Shown here piece after piece: positions 19,042-30,004 of a stretch of DNA of 64,000 bases. This stretch comes from an uncultured Methanosarcinaceae archaeon (GTDB lineage Archaea > Halobacteriota > Methanosarcinia > Methanosarcinales > Methanosarcinaceae), in the NCBI GenBank assembly GCA_963847185.1, contig CAWJYV010000006.1, forward strand, positions 18,858 through 82,857, in the 5' to 3' direction. Made by a program: the position numbers and the translations under genes. The first letter of the stretch is position 1; the number at the start of each line of letters is the position of its first letter. Under the pieces are notes generated by a model. The model did no database searches and was not told the DNA's origin. It saw nothing but the letters and a program-made list of their open reading frames with translations.

Positions 19042-21942
19042 ATGGCAATATTAAAACGAAAACTGGGAGTTCTTCTCCTAATTAGTTGTTTTACTTTTGC
19101 AAGTATTCATTCAGCTTTATGTATGAGTCCTGCACCAACGATTTATGTTTCGGGGGACGGCACTGGGGATTTCAATTGCAATGGGACAGATGACCATTTA
19201 CAAATTAACAAGGCTCTTGCCTATATTGCAGCAAACCCAGGTTACACAACTGTTCACCTTAAAGGGCCGTTTACATATGTTATTAACGGTACCCTTCTAA
19301 TCGGCAGTAATACAATTCTTGAAGGAGACTCCAATGCTGTAATTAAACTGGCTGACCATGCATGTTGGGATACAATGAAACCTTTGATCCAGCAGATGAA
19401 CAGTTCGGGGAATAATAATATCGTAATAAGAGGATTCGAGGTTAATGTAAACCATGATAACAACACCGAGTTTGCCAGAGGCAAGGGATACTATAATGTA
19501 ATTTACTTCCTTCGTTGCAATAACGTAAAAGTTTACAATATGTATATGCATGATGGACATGGAGACGGGCTGAGAATAAGAAACAGTCAAAACATTCAGT
19601 TTTACAATAACAGAATCTCAAAACTGGGGCACGACGGTCTGTTTGCAATTGAATGTAATAATGTAGAAGCCTGGAGTAATATTATCACCTGCAGGACCAA
19701 TAGCGGTCTTAGAGCCTGGAACTCAAATTATGTAAAGTTCCATGCCAACGAAATTGATGCTTCCTACTACAAATGTACTGGCGGACCAGGTATTCAGATT
19801 GAAAAGAGTGCAGGCATTATGGATAATATTGAAATTTACAATAATACCTTCAATAATACATACGGTCCTGGAATCTGGATTTTCAACTACGATAATTCTT
19901 CTACCAGAGATCAGGGGAAAGATATCTATATTCACCACAATGTCTTCCATGGCACAGGTACCAACCCCAGTATTAACTGGATAGGAGGCATCCTGGCAGG
20001 TGGGTTTAATAATACTATTATTGAAAACAATGTCTTTGACGGTGCATACAATGCTGCCGTTGTCCACATGTATATGCCTGGCTATTCATCAAGTTATTCT
20101 CCTGCAGGCGGCTACATAACCATAGTTCGCAGTAATGTAATTGTAAATACGGTAAGGTGTAGAGCAGACCCGAGTGGGGGATATGGAGTAATTAATAACC
20201 TTCCTGAAACACATTCCTTTGTGTTTCAAAATAACTGCCTATACAATAACATAGCAGGTAATTATAAAAATTGCAATTCAACAAGCGATATCTATATGGA
20301 CCCGCTCTTTGCAGACCAGAAAAAACATGATTATCACCTGAAATCAGCTGCAGACCGCTGGGATGGAAATACATGGGTTCAGGACAGCGTGAGCTCTCCC
20401 TGCATTGATGCAGGTTATCCTTCTTCAGATTATTCAAAGGAGCCTGAAGAAAATGGAGACAGAATCAATATCGGGAGATACGGGAACACAATTTATGCAT
20501 CAAAGTCGTACATCTTGAAAAATAAAAATGCTCCAGTAATAACCTCTATTCCTAACGCTACAATAGGAGTTGGAGAAAACCTGAACTTTACAGTGACAGC
20601 TTCCGATGCAGACGGAGATAACCTCACTTACTCTGCTTCAAACCTTCCCACAGGTACAACTTTGAACAACGAATCAGGATTCTTCAGCTGGACTCCTGCT
20701 ACCGGCCAGGAAGGAATATACGAAATAACCTTTAATGTCAGTGATGGTACTTTCAATGACTCCGAAACTGCAAATATAAGTGTAATCTTGAAAAATAAAT
20801 ACGCTCCAGTAATAACCTCTATTCCTAACACTACAATAGAAATTGGAGAAAACCTGAACTTTACAGTGACAGCTTTCGATGCAGACGGAGATAACCTTAC
20901 TTACTCTGCTTCCGGCCTACCCGTGGGTGCAAATTTCAATGAGAATTCAGGTTTCTTCAGTTGGACTCCTGCTACGGGACAGGAAGGAACATACAAAATA
21001 ACCTTTAATGTCAGCGATGGTACTTTTAATGACTCTGAGACTGCAAACATTAGTGTAATCTTGAAAAATAAATACACTCCAGTAATAATCACCATCTCCA
21101 ACACTACAATAGAAATTGGAGAAAACCTGAACTTCACAGTGACAGCTTCCGATGCAGATGGAGATAACCTCACTTACTCTGCTTCAAACCTTCCCACAGG
21201 TGCAGCTTTGGACAACAAGTCAGGGTTCTTCAGCTGGACTCCTGCTACGGGACAGGAAGGAACATACAAAATAACCTTTAATGTAAGTGATGGTACTTTC
21301 AACGATTCTGAGACTGCAAATATAAGTGTAATCAAGAAGGGTAGCGGCATAGATAATAACAGCTCGATGAATCTTCCTGGTAAGGTATACGACAATCGCC
21401 TTCGTGAATCTTCCCCTAACAGTATCCTTGGAAATGATGCATATATCGATGTTGGAGGTATGAGTACTGGCAGGTACAGGGATATTACATGGTTCAATAT
21501 AAGCCAATACACCGATGCTACTAAAGTAAGCAATGCAACCCTTTCTCTTTTCTGGTATTATCCGTCAAGTTCAAGGCCAAATGATACTATCATTGAGATC
21601 TACAGGCCTGCTTCTTCATGGAATCCCAGCTATGTGAGCTGGAATAAGAGAGATAACGGTATTACCTGGAATAATGCAGGAGGAGATTGGTATGATAAAA
21701 ACGGGGTCCTTCAGGGCAATACTCCATATGCCACTCTAACTATAAAGGCCAGCACTTTACCAAACATCACTCCCTGTGAGCTGAATGTAACTGACCTTGT
21801 AAAAGAGTATGCCAGCGGGAAGTATGCGAACACGGGCTTCCTGATCAAAGCCCGTAGTGAAAGTAATAATTACATTGCTTTCTACAGTTCGGACTGTGGA
21901 AACGCAAGCAGAGTTCCAAAGCTGAATATAACTTACAAGTAA
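19042..21942 (+). CDS. Cell-surface protein: parallel beta-helix, 3 Ig/cadherin-like repeats, DNRLRE (disaggregatase-related) domain
   Basis: Signal peptide MAILKRKLGVLLLI; DGHGDGL repeats; SPCIDAG; three 91-aa repeats; YDNRLRE. Confidence 0.9.
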   Translation: MAILKRKLGVLLLISCFTFASIHSALCMSPAPTIYVSGDGTGDFNCNGTDDHLQINKALAYIAANPGYTTVHLKGPFTYVINGTLLIGSNTILEGDSNAVIKLADHACWDTMKPLIQQMNSSGNNNIVIRGFEVNVNHDNNTEFARGKGYYNVIYFLRCNNVKVYNMYMHDGHGDGLRIRNSQNIQFYNNRISKLGHDGLFAIECNNVEAWSNIITCRTNSGLRAWNSNYVKFHANEIDASYYKCTGGPGIQIEKSAGIMDNIEIYNNTFNNTYGPGIWIFNYDNSSTRDQGKDIYIHHNVFHGTGTNPSINWIGGILAGGFNNTIIENNVFDGAYNAAVVHMYMPGYSSSYSPAGGYITIVRSNVIVNTVRCRADPSGGYGVINNLPETHSFVFQNNCLYNNIAGNYKNCNSTSDIYMDPLFADQKKHDYHLKSAADRWDGNTWVQDSVSSPCIDAGYPSSDYSKEPEENGDRINIGRYGNTIYASKSYILKNKNAPVITSIPNATIGVGENLNFTVTASDADGDNLTYSASNLPTGTTLNNESGFFSWTPATGQEGIYEITFNVSDGTFNDSETANISVILKNKYAPVITSIPNTTIEIGENLNFTVTAFDADGDNLTYSASGLPVGANFNENSGFFSWTPATGQEGTYKITFNVSDGTFNDSETANISVILKNKYTPVIITISNTTIEIGENLNFTVTASDADGDNLTYSASNLPTGAALDNKSGFFSWTPATGQEGTYKITFNVSDGTFNDSETANISVIKKGSGIDNNSSMNLPGKVYDNRLRESSPNSILGNDAYIDVGGMSTGRYRDITWFNISQYTDATKVSNATLSLFWYYPSSSRPNDTIIEIYRPASSWNPSYVSWNKRDNGITWNNAGGDWYDKNGVLQGNTPYATLTIKASTLPNITPCELNVTDLVKEYASGKYANTGFLIKARSESNNYIAFYSSDCGNASRVPKLNITYK
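20512..21330 (+). repeat. Three 273-bp intragenic tandem repeats
   Basis: ATCTTGAAAAATAAA recurs at 20512, 20785 and 21058. Confidence 0.9.
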
Positions 21943-22032
21943 AGTTGTATTCTTAAAGGAATTTTCCAGAGCGTCCGATCATTATGAGTTTCACATACCG
22001 GATTTTTTGGAAAATTCCATTTTTCAATTTCT

Positions 22033-22570
22033 AGGACTTATGCGTTTGAGGTATAAAATTAAGCATATTAGACCTTACTGTTAATTTGTTTTTAGCTTAC
22101 TGTTAATTTGTTTTTAGCTTACTGTTAATTTGTTTTTAGCTTACTGTTAATTTGCTTTTGGCTCACTGCTGATTTGTTTTTCAGTTTGCTGCTAATTTAT
22201 TTTTTTAGATAATTCAAGGCCATAAGGCTAAATAAATCTTTAAATTAATCTTATTTTGGATTAAAAATGTAAATAAAGTTTAATTCTAAATTATATCAAA
22301 TCATTAAACTTTAAATTATAATTAAACTTAATTTTTCGCTCTTTTTTTTAAGTATATTTATTTATTTGTCTGGAGATTTAGGAAATGAAGATGCATAGAA
22401 GTATGGATTCTCATTCAAAAGGATTGAAAAATAAAGTGGATAAGACGTTTTGGTTAAAAACTACAATTTATGTAGGCAAAGGTTTAATGATAATCGATTC
22501 CTCAGCCAACAAAGTGGATTCTGAATGAAAATCCAAAAATTGCCTGCTTTGCAGGCATTATGTAACTCCT
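22033..22570. mobile_element. Non-autonomous element with IS701-type ends containing a 22-bp tandem array
   Basis: Left end AGGACTTATGCGTTTGAGGT; right end TGCCTGCTTTGCAGGCATTATGTAACTCCT, the same palindrome as in the IS end at 62862. Confidence 0.55.
22074..22208. repeat. 22-bp tandem repeat CTTACTGTTAATTTGTTTTTAG, 3 perfect plus ~3 degenerate copies
   Basis: Directly visible. Confidence 0.9.
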
Positions 22571-22644
22571 ATCAACTTAGACCATCAAGGCAATAATAAA
22601 AGATAGCATGGAAAAGTGAATTAAGATTTTATAAGGTCTATAAT

Positions 22645-22938
22645 ATGAGCGAAGTTGTTGAAGTCTTTGGATTATTTCAAGTTATAAAAATAATAATCTG
22701 TGGATTTGTTTCACTGATTTTGATACAGATAGCTTGGGAAATCTTATATCTGTTTGGGAGTAAGCTCCTGGACTCCCTCTTGTTTACGATATGCCTCCCC
22801 TTTATTCTTCTGTTTATGATACACGATTTACTTTATCTGTATGTGCTTTGTGACAGAGAAGAGCGTAGAAGGATAAAAGAAAAACGTCATGGCGACACAT
22901 GTATGGAACAATATACTATTTATTCGTTACATGTATGA
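22645..22938 (+). CDS. Small membrane protein (97 aa)
   Basis: Two hydrophobic segments then a charged tail. Confidence 0.55.
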   Translation: MSEVVEVFGLFQVIKIIICGFVSLILIQIAWEILYLFGSKLLDSLLFTICLPFILLFMIHDLLYLYVLCDREERRRIKEKRHGDTCMEQYTIYSLHV

Positions 22939-23422
22939 TATCCACGAATATGCCTGGAACAGAAATATCGAGATTATAACTTAGTTAAATATGCTTACAA
23001 TACTACCCCCAAGATATTAAAAAATCGACAATTGGGCCATATTGTATAAAAAGAATCAGATTCATATTCAAATCGTTTCCACTCTGATTTGGAAAAGTGA
23101 TTCAACTATACGTTCTGGATAATATATTAACCGCTTTAAATCGAATATATACTTGCATAATATCCGAAAAACGCCATCAGGAAAATACTCAAAACATAAT
23201 GTCAGCCTTCCGAAAATGAAAAATAAATTGCATTGAACCTTCAACCGTTCAATTCACATGTGATCACAATATGTAGTATATGTGATCACAATATGTAGTA
23301 TGTTTGATTCTGAAGCTCGAGTGAGTAAATCCTAAAGTAGAAGATACTCAAACTAATTCCTTTTTTGATATAGAAAAAAATGAAAGCACCTTGAGTTTCA
23401 AGGTATATGAAGAAAATATATT

Positions 23423-23707
23423 TTACTCGATTGTTTCTATTTTCTCTTTCTTGACAAAAGGTTTACTGATTTTGTCGGGCATCCATTCAGGCTTATTTTT
23501 TGGGGCTGCAACAAGTTGCTTCCATGCCTTAAAAACGTGAACCTTCTTTGTCCCGCGCTCCCTGAGGCGAATGATATCCGGTTTCGATTTAGTTCCTGTG
23601 CCTCTATTCGCAGCTTTCAAGGCAGCCTGCCGAGGCTGTTTTCCAGTGAAAACTCCGTGCTCATTGCCGTCTGCGTCTCGTAAAACAAAATTTCGTGTAT
23701 CAGACAT
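23423..23707 (-). CDS. mc1: Non-histone chromosomal protein MC1
   Basis: MSDTRNFVLRD..GNEHGVFTGKQPRQAALKAANRG...IRLRERGTKKVHVF. Confidence 0.96.
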   Translation of the reverse strand: MSDTRNFVLRDADGNEHGVFTGKQPRQAALKAANRGTGTKSKPDIIRLRERGTKKVHVFKAWKQLVAAPKNKPEWMPDKISKPFVKKEKIETIE

Positions 23708-24136
23708 AAGGGTCATCTCTCAAAATATATTATTGGAGACTGATTAAGTTTAAAGTATATATAATTATCTTAAGATGTTGTCAATAGTCATTGATTTATC
23801 AAAATGGCCTCAATTTTTCATGGGTATATGCTGATTTATAATTAGTCCATGAAAAAAAACAAGATCAATGGCCTTCTTAAATGTAATTGATTCGGCAGGC
23901 AATTCGACAGGTAGTAGTACAAAAACAATTTTTGAGTATATCGTAGTATCAAAAAAGTGAAAAGCCTCTGTCGGAAAAGCAATAAAGAGAGCTGAGGCAA
24001 GGGCAGAAGGTTACTATTTGACAAACTATCCCTTAAATCCTGTTAACCTGATTCGAGCATTTTCTCAATGTCGAAATAGTGTAGTTGCACATCTTATTCA
24101 ATATTTTTATATAGTAGTAAAACGTAAAATATTTAC

Positions 24137-24268
24137 ATGGAAAACTATTATCCGTGTGTGTTTTGCGAAGCAGTGTTTGTAGACCCCGGGTATGCAAAAG
24201 ATCACATTAAGGAGTGCCACTCTAAAGATGGGAGAATGTGCAATACCTGTTCAGAGATCTTCGAATGA
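24137..24268 (+). CDS. Small C2H2-type zinc-finger protein (43 aa), not in ORF track
   Basis: MENYYPCVFCEAVFVDPGYAKDHIKECHSKDGRMCNTCSEIFE*; TTTTATATA ~25 nt upstream of the ATG. Confidence 0.7.
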   Translation: MENYYPCVFCEAVFVDPGYAKDHIKECHSKDGRMCNTCSEIFE

Positions 24269-24434
24269 AACATATGGTTTTTTTAACCAGTATAACTGGA
24301 GGTGGAAACGAAATTATTATCAATGATGCTATCTATTAAAAGAGTTACCTTAACATAGATGTCCAATATGTAAATTCTCAAAAAAGTAAATGTAAAAGTA
24401 AATGTAAAAGTAAATGTAAATTTAATATCTTTAT

Positions 24435-24605
24435 TTAATATTTGATCGGACTAGAACCATATCTTGAACCAGTTCTTTTTTCTTCTTCTACTTTTATTTT
24501 ATGCCAGCCAGAACGATGTTCCTTTTTATGCATTATCTGTTTTACAGCATAAACAAGCCCTGTTGTTGCTAAGATAATACCCGCTATTTTCACGCTTTTA
24601 TACAC
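24435..24605 (-). CDS. Small single-pass membrane protein (56 aa), paralogue of 52802-52987
   Basis: GTG start after GGGGTGA; MYKSVKIAGIILATTGLVYAVKQIMH...EEKRTGSRYGSSPIKY*. Confidence 0.75.
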   Translation of the reverse strand: MYKSVKIAGIILATTGLVYAVKQIMHKKEHRSGWHKIKVEEEKRTGSRYGSSPIKY

Positions 24606-25030
24606 AATAATTCACCCCGATTTATTATTGCACCTTATCATTTATTAAGATAAGCAAACAGTCTATAGAAAAATCAGTTTACTTTTAAAAATGATATTAA
24701 TAAATGGGGATGGGAGTGAGTCATTGAAAACTGAAAGCATAAGACTCTCTTTACATTTTTCCCAACATAAGGGAAACGCACTCGCTTTTTCGGGCTTGAT
24801 TAATAACATACCACAGCCGAACTTTCCAGGTAATGAAAAAATTCGTGTGCTTCAAGGGTTATTTAATGCTAAATATAATTAAAGCATAATTTAACATAAG
24901 CACCGGAAAACCTAAACCAGGCCTGAGTAAAACCCTTGGAACTAACTCTTGGAACAGCAGCCCAATATAACTCAGTATCAACAAAATACCTGAATCAGGC
25001 CTGATATGAGACATATAGATAGGTGAAATT

Positions 25031-25480
25031 ATGATCAAATCAGGTGGTTCTTTTTTCTATAAGGGAAGACGCTTTACTATTGGTGCTGTAATCTCATTTA
25101 AAGGATTACCTTACATGGTCACGGTTTCTCATATATTTCGTGAGGAAGGAGACCATTTAACAGTTGACGGAATGAAGGTCGCTGTTACGAGAATTCTGAA
25201 AGATTTTGACTTAGCTTTGATAGAGCTTCCTCCTGCCTGCACGTTTGAAATTACCGAGTTCGGCAGCGCAGCTGAACTGGAGCAAGCCACACTTGTTGTT
25301 AATGATACTCATGTTATCAGATGCAGAGTAGTTACTGCTGGAGCCTCCCTACTTTTTCTGGGCTTCCAGTGCAGTGATATGCCGGAGCCGGGAGATAGCG
25401 GCTCTCCTATCCTGCAGGCAGGAAAAGTAATAGGGATTATATCCTCGATAACACTGGACACTTGCATGGGTATGCCATAA
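25031..25480 (+). CDS. Trypsin-like serine protease, possible C-terminal frameshift
   Basis: VTVSH, DLALI and PGDSGSP triad motifs; expected AISS strand continues in another frame. Confidence 0.75.
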   Translation: MIKSGGSFFYKGRRFTIGAVISFKGLPYMVTVSHIFREEGDHLTVDGMKVAVTRILKDFDLALIELPPACTFEITEFGSAAELEQATLVVNDTHVIRCRVVTAGASLLFLGFQCSDMPEPGDSGSPILQAGKVIGIISSITLDTCMGMP

Positions 25481-25733
25481 GTAGTAAACAATTTTTCTCA
25501 TTAGTTCATACGCTATCGAAAAGTAATTAATGATATGCCGACTATTCATAACAATGAAACGATATAAATAATTATATAACTTTTTTAGGACTCCAAGGAT
25601 GAAAAGATAAGACCATCTTTACAAAAGTTTGCTCACTTGTCTATTTCTTTAAATACCTTACAAATATCTCTTTAAATGAGTACATTTACATTCCAAAATG
25701 TAAAATATGACATGTATAAGTGGTTGCAATAAC

Positions 25734-28631
25734 TTAGCCTGCCGATACTGTTATCTTAATATTATCATAATAACATGAACTGCCAGCGAGATTATATCCA
25801 AAAATCACTACCCTATCGTAGGCTGTAGCTGGATTCTGTGTGTTGATGTTGCTTGCTATTAAGGTATCATCCACGTACAAATCATATTTAGTTCCAGATT
25901 TCACCACGAGTTTGAAATGATACCAGTTGCCTGCTGAATATCTTTTTACATTTATATAGTTTGTTCCGTCCCAATATTGAATCTGTCCATTATATCCGAA
26001 TACAGTCAAAGGCCCTTTCTTAAGAGATGTATTTCCGTCTAAAATAGTAAGTCTCGAATATGTGTTATTTTGACTTGGGTTTGCATACCATTCTACAGTT
26101 GCATTAGTTGTCTTTACAGGCAACATAAATATGCAGTCATCATTATATGTAGTGGTCGATAAATCCGTATATTTGAACGAATGATTGCCGCTGTATACTC
26201 TCGCCGTTGATGATTCAATCTTACCGCCTGACATATTTGTCCAGTTTGCAGTGCTTTCCCCATTCTCGAAATATGTTACCTGAGTTAAACTGGAAGCTAC
26301 TCTTATGTACTTATATTTTGTTAGCTTATTATTGCCTACTGCATTCTTTACTGTCAGGTTAACCGTATAGTTTCCTGCTGTTGAGTAAGTATGCGTTGGA
26401 TTCTGCTCGGTTGAATTAGTTCCGTCTCCAAAGTCCCATAAATATGTATTTGGAAGAGATATTGATGGAATTGTAAAATATGAAATGTTAGAAGTGACTG
26501 CAACTGAGTCTATAGGTACTGTTATCTTAATATTATCATAATAACATGAACTGCCAGCGACATTATATCCAAAAATCACTACCCTATCGTAGGTTGTAGC
26601 TGGATTCTGTGTGTTGATGTCGCTTGCTACTAGAGTATCATCCACGTACAAATCATATTTAGTTCCAGATTTCACCACCAGTTTGAAATGATACCAGTTA
26701 CCTGCTGAATATCTTTTTACATTTTTATATCTTGTTTTGTCCAAATATTGAATGTATCCATTATTTCCGAATAAAGTCCAAGGCCCTTTCTTAAAAGATG
26801 CATTTCCGTCTAAAATAGTAAGCATCGAGTATGTGTTATTTTGACTTGGGTTTGCATACCATTCTACAGTTGCATTAGTTGTCTTTACAGGCAACATAAA
26901 TCTGCAGTCATCATTATATGCAGTGGCAGATAGATCTGTATATTTGAACGAATGATTGCCGCTGTATACCCTCGCCGTTGATGATTCAATCTTACCTCCT
27001 GACATATTTGTCCAGTTTGCAGTGCTTTCCCCATCCTCAAAATATGTAACCTGGGTCAAATTGAGGGCACTGTTATTTCCCCACGCACAATATACTGGAG
27101 TATTTGCTGGATGAGCATATCTGTAAATGAAATATACTCCGGATGAGGTTGATTGATACTGAGAAGGAAGAATCGTTCCGTTACTTAGGAAGAACCTGAC
27201 GTCGCTACTATCGGCTTTCATATCTGGATATTTTGGAATGTAAATGTATTCACTTAAAGAGGTTTTTGTTGCGGGTTCGATCGCTGCTGATCTGCTCCAC
27301 CCTGCCAGAGTTGGAAGAGATGAGTTTAATATTGTAGGGCTCAGTATTGAAAAGTGAACTGACAGGGGTGCAGTTCCATTTACCACATTTGCTGTATATC
27401 TATTTGAATAATAATTGTAAATGACAGATGCAAATTTTTGGTACCCTGCAATGTTATAGTGCAAGTCATCTCCACCATCATAGGCAGGATTTATTGCCCA
27501 TAGATTGCCAGCCGGACCAGAAGCATATTTCTGCCCAACATAATTTCTAATAGGAATTAAAGTAACACTTGAATTATTTGCATAAATCGTTTTCAATTGG
27601 CTATTTATCCATTGCCAATCTGCCCAATTCATAGCATTTCCGCTTCCAGTAGACGGAGGAATCTCACATAGATAGGCGTGTGATCCATTAGCTACCGTTT
27701 CGTTTACCATCCAGCACAAATTTGAAAGAGTTGTGGTCTTATTGATAGAATATGCCCAATCATTTAACCCGCCTTCAATGAAGATATTTGACGGATGTAA
27801 AGCAATTGCATCTGCGTAGAATCTATTTTTGATTTCAGTTGTAGTTTGTCCTCTCCATCCGAGGTTTTGGTATGTCCTGCCTGAGTAAAGACCCCACCAG
27901 TAAGACATTGATGACCAGGGATTGTAATAAGTAGCCGGATCCACATAGGATGTATGTACGGGTCTACCAGATACAACCGAATCCCCTATGAAAGCCATAT
28001 CTACTGTATTCATAAATACGTTTAAACGATATGTTTTATTAGAAACATGGTAAATTGAAGAGTTTACAAAGTTGTATTCATCGCCAACTGAGAAAGTATG
28101 AGCTGTACCCCAATGAACTTTAGCATCAGTTGTTCCTGCTGGAACTTTAGATGTCACAATTATATTCGTAGTGTCCACTGAATTTGCTTCCCATCCAATA
28201 TAATCACCTTCATGTGCATGTAACGGAGTGGAAAGAAGGATATTTTGGATCCCGTTATTTGTAATATCAGAAGCTAGGTTGTTACTTTTAGCAACCAGAT
28301 TATATTTACCAGTATCATCATTTCTTCTCCAAATACAAACATTGAACCTGTTAACTTTGTTTGCATTCGCGATTGCAAACTGTACCTCACTAATATATCC
28401 ATTTTGCCTTATTCTGGACTGTTTCCCTGTATCGAGACCGTATTGATTATTTACTCCACTTGCCGGAGAATCATATACAAGAGAGCCTACATATGGACCT
28501 GCAATGGATAGAGAAGTATTTTGATCATGAGAAGGTTTAGATGCCGATACCGTAGATGAAACCAAAATTAAAAATAAAATAAAAGTTGCTAATGCTATCG
28601 CTATCGAATGAACCTTTTGGTTAGTTCGCAT
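25734..28631 (-). CDS. Cell-surface protein with SGNH/GDSL hydrolase domain, duplicated beta-sandwich domain and PKD domain
   Basis: Signal peptide from MRTNQK; FIGDS, GGLND and DDLH blocks; WDFGDG...NPTHTY PKD motif; ~180-aa internal duplication. Confidence 0.85.
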   Translation of the reverse strand: MRTNQKVHSIAIALATFILFLILVSSTVSASKPSHDQNTSLSIAGPYVGSLVYDSPASGVNNQYGLDTGKQSRIRQNGYISEVQFAIANANKVNRFNVCIWRRNDDTGKYNLVAKSNNLASDITNNGIQNILLSTPLHAHEGDYIGWEANSVDTTNIIVTSKVPAGTTDAKVHWGTAHTFSVGDEYNFVNSSIYHVSNKTYRLNVFMNTVDMAFIGDSVVSGRPVHTSYVDPATYYNPWSSMSYWWGLYSGRTYQNLGWRGQTTTEIKNRFYADAIALHPSNIFIEGGLNDWAYSINKTTTLSNLCWMVNETVANGSHAYLCEIPPSTGSGNAMNWADWQWINSQLKTIYANNSSVTLIPIRNYVGQKYASGPAGNLWAINPAYDGGDDLHYNIAGYQKFASVIYNYYSNRYTANVVNGTAPLSVHFSILSPTILNSSLPTLAGWSRSAAIEPATKTSLSEYIYIPKYPDMKADSSDVRFFLSNGTILPSQYQSTSSGVYFIYRYAHPANTPVYCAWGNNSALNLTQVTYFEDGESTANWTNMSGGKIESSTARVYSGNHSFKYTDLSATAYNDDCRFMLPVKTTNATVEWYANPSQNNTYSMLTILDGNASFKKGPWTLFGNNGYIQYLDKTRYKNVKRYSAGNWYHFKLVVKSGTKYDLYVDDTLVASDINTQNPATTYDRVVIFGYNVAGSSCYYDNIKITVPIDSVAVTSNISYFTIPSISLPNTYLWDFGDGTNSTEQNPTHTYSTAGNYTVNLTVKNAVGNNKLTKYKYIRVASSLTQVTYFENGESTANWTNMSGGKIESSTARVYSGNHSFKYTDLSTTTYNDDCIFMLPVKTTNATVEWYANPSQNNTYSRLTILDGNTSLKKGPLTVFGYNGQIQYWDGTNYINVKRYSAGNWYHFKLVVKSGTKYDLYVDDTLIASNINTQNPATAYDRVVIFGYNLAGSSCYYDNIKITVSAG

Positions 28632-28816
28632 CTTATTTCTCACAACAACTGTAAAAACTTTATATTGAATGTTTCTTATATATCTTCTTTTTCCTATAAA
28701 AATGTTAGTAATTGACACTTGCTTGCATTTCAGATTTTTTTGAAATAGAAACAAAACGGATTTTATTCTAGAGTTTTTCTCGAATTAATATATAATTAAA
28801 ATTATAAATCTATTTT

Positions 28817-29090
28817 ATGTCGTTCCATGAAATCGATGACGCTTTTTTGGGATCTATAAAATCTTATCTTTCTCCCCAATAAATCACATACATAAAGACC
28901 ACATGCAGATATGAGGAAGTTAATGAATGGTATTTTGTATGCTGTTATGACAGGTTGTAAGTGGAAAGACGTTCCTCGTCACTATGGATCTAAGTCAACA
29001 GCTCATAGATTTCATCTTTATCTTGTGAACATGGTATTTATCAGAGATTTCCAATGAACTTTTAAACAAAGATTACAATTTGAGGAAAAT
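28817..29090 (+). pseudogene. IS5-family transposase N-terminal remnant
   Basis: RPHADMRKLMNGILYAVMTGCKWKDVPRHYGSKSTAHR with stops and frameshifts. Confidence 0.8.
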
Positions 29091-29183
29091 AAAAGTATGG
29101 AGCTAAGAGACCAAACTAAATATTATAATTAAAAAGCCATAGAAAGAGAAAATAATATATGTTAAGAAGCTAATATTAGTATT

Positions 29184-29540
29184 TGGGAATCTACAAAAAG
29201 TATAGTTGGCATTTGGGCTTCTTAAGCTCTCTCCTTATGAAATATGCAGGGTGCTGCTTTCCCTGCATTTACCCCTTCACAAAGCGGGCTTAAGCTGCCT
29301 CAAAAAACGGAAAAGCCCGCTTCCCTTCTCCATATAAAAACACCCTTAAGGAATAAGGAACGGTAGCCACTAAATTATGTTACCCAAAGCAGACTCGCGA
29401 AAGTCTATATTACCGTTCCTTACCCTCTCTTCTAAAAAGGAAGTTGACATTTAGTAATGTCAAAGCATACACTTTTCTGCAATTGTTACCTTTTTACGAC
29501 AATTGCATGGGAATGCGATCTCTTCTAACATTCTCCGTAG
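29184..29540 (+). ncRNA. Candidate multi-hairpin non-coding RNA
   Basis: Six consecutive stems (29244-29268, 29282-29322, 29354-29422, 29444-29463, 29478-29507, 29509-29535); AT box at ~29151-29160; no ORF. Confidence 0.55.
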
Positions 29541-30004
29541 CCTGACAGATTAAAGCTTTCTTATAATCTGGAGTACATCTATAACTTCGGAGAAGTGAAT
29601 AATTATATGCAGAAAAGAGAAAATTAGTTTTATACGGATATTTGGAGTATTTGAGAAAAAGCCAAGAGGCGCTGAGATTATTTTAAATTAATTATATCAA
29701 AAATTGTTCTTAAATGAAAAATAGATTGGCGTGAAAAGTTTCAATTTAATATACTTCTAAATTTAATATCTTCTGGTTTTCTCATATCCCTCTATCTTTT
29801 TAGTACAAATTTTTTCATCCCATTCTCAAGAGATTAACTTATTCGAGACAGTATATTCAAGTTCTCTCTTATACTGAAACTTTTCCTCGGATGAATTAAC
29901 AGCAATAACAAAAATCCAGAATTAAGTCAGATTAAAAGGCATACAGGATAATTTGAAAAATAGGCTCCATCATAACTGGTTATTTAACTTGGAGAGAGGC
30001 TTAT

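Noticed and set aside
23258-24420. Short duplications (22-bp unit at ~23258, GTAAATGTAAAA x3 at ~24386)
   Set aside because: Ordinary slippage repeats common in these intergenic regions; no further structure.
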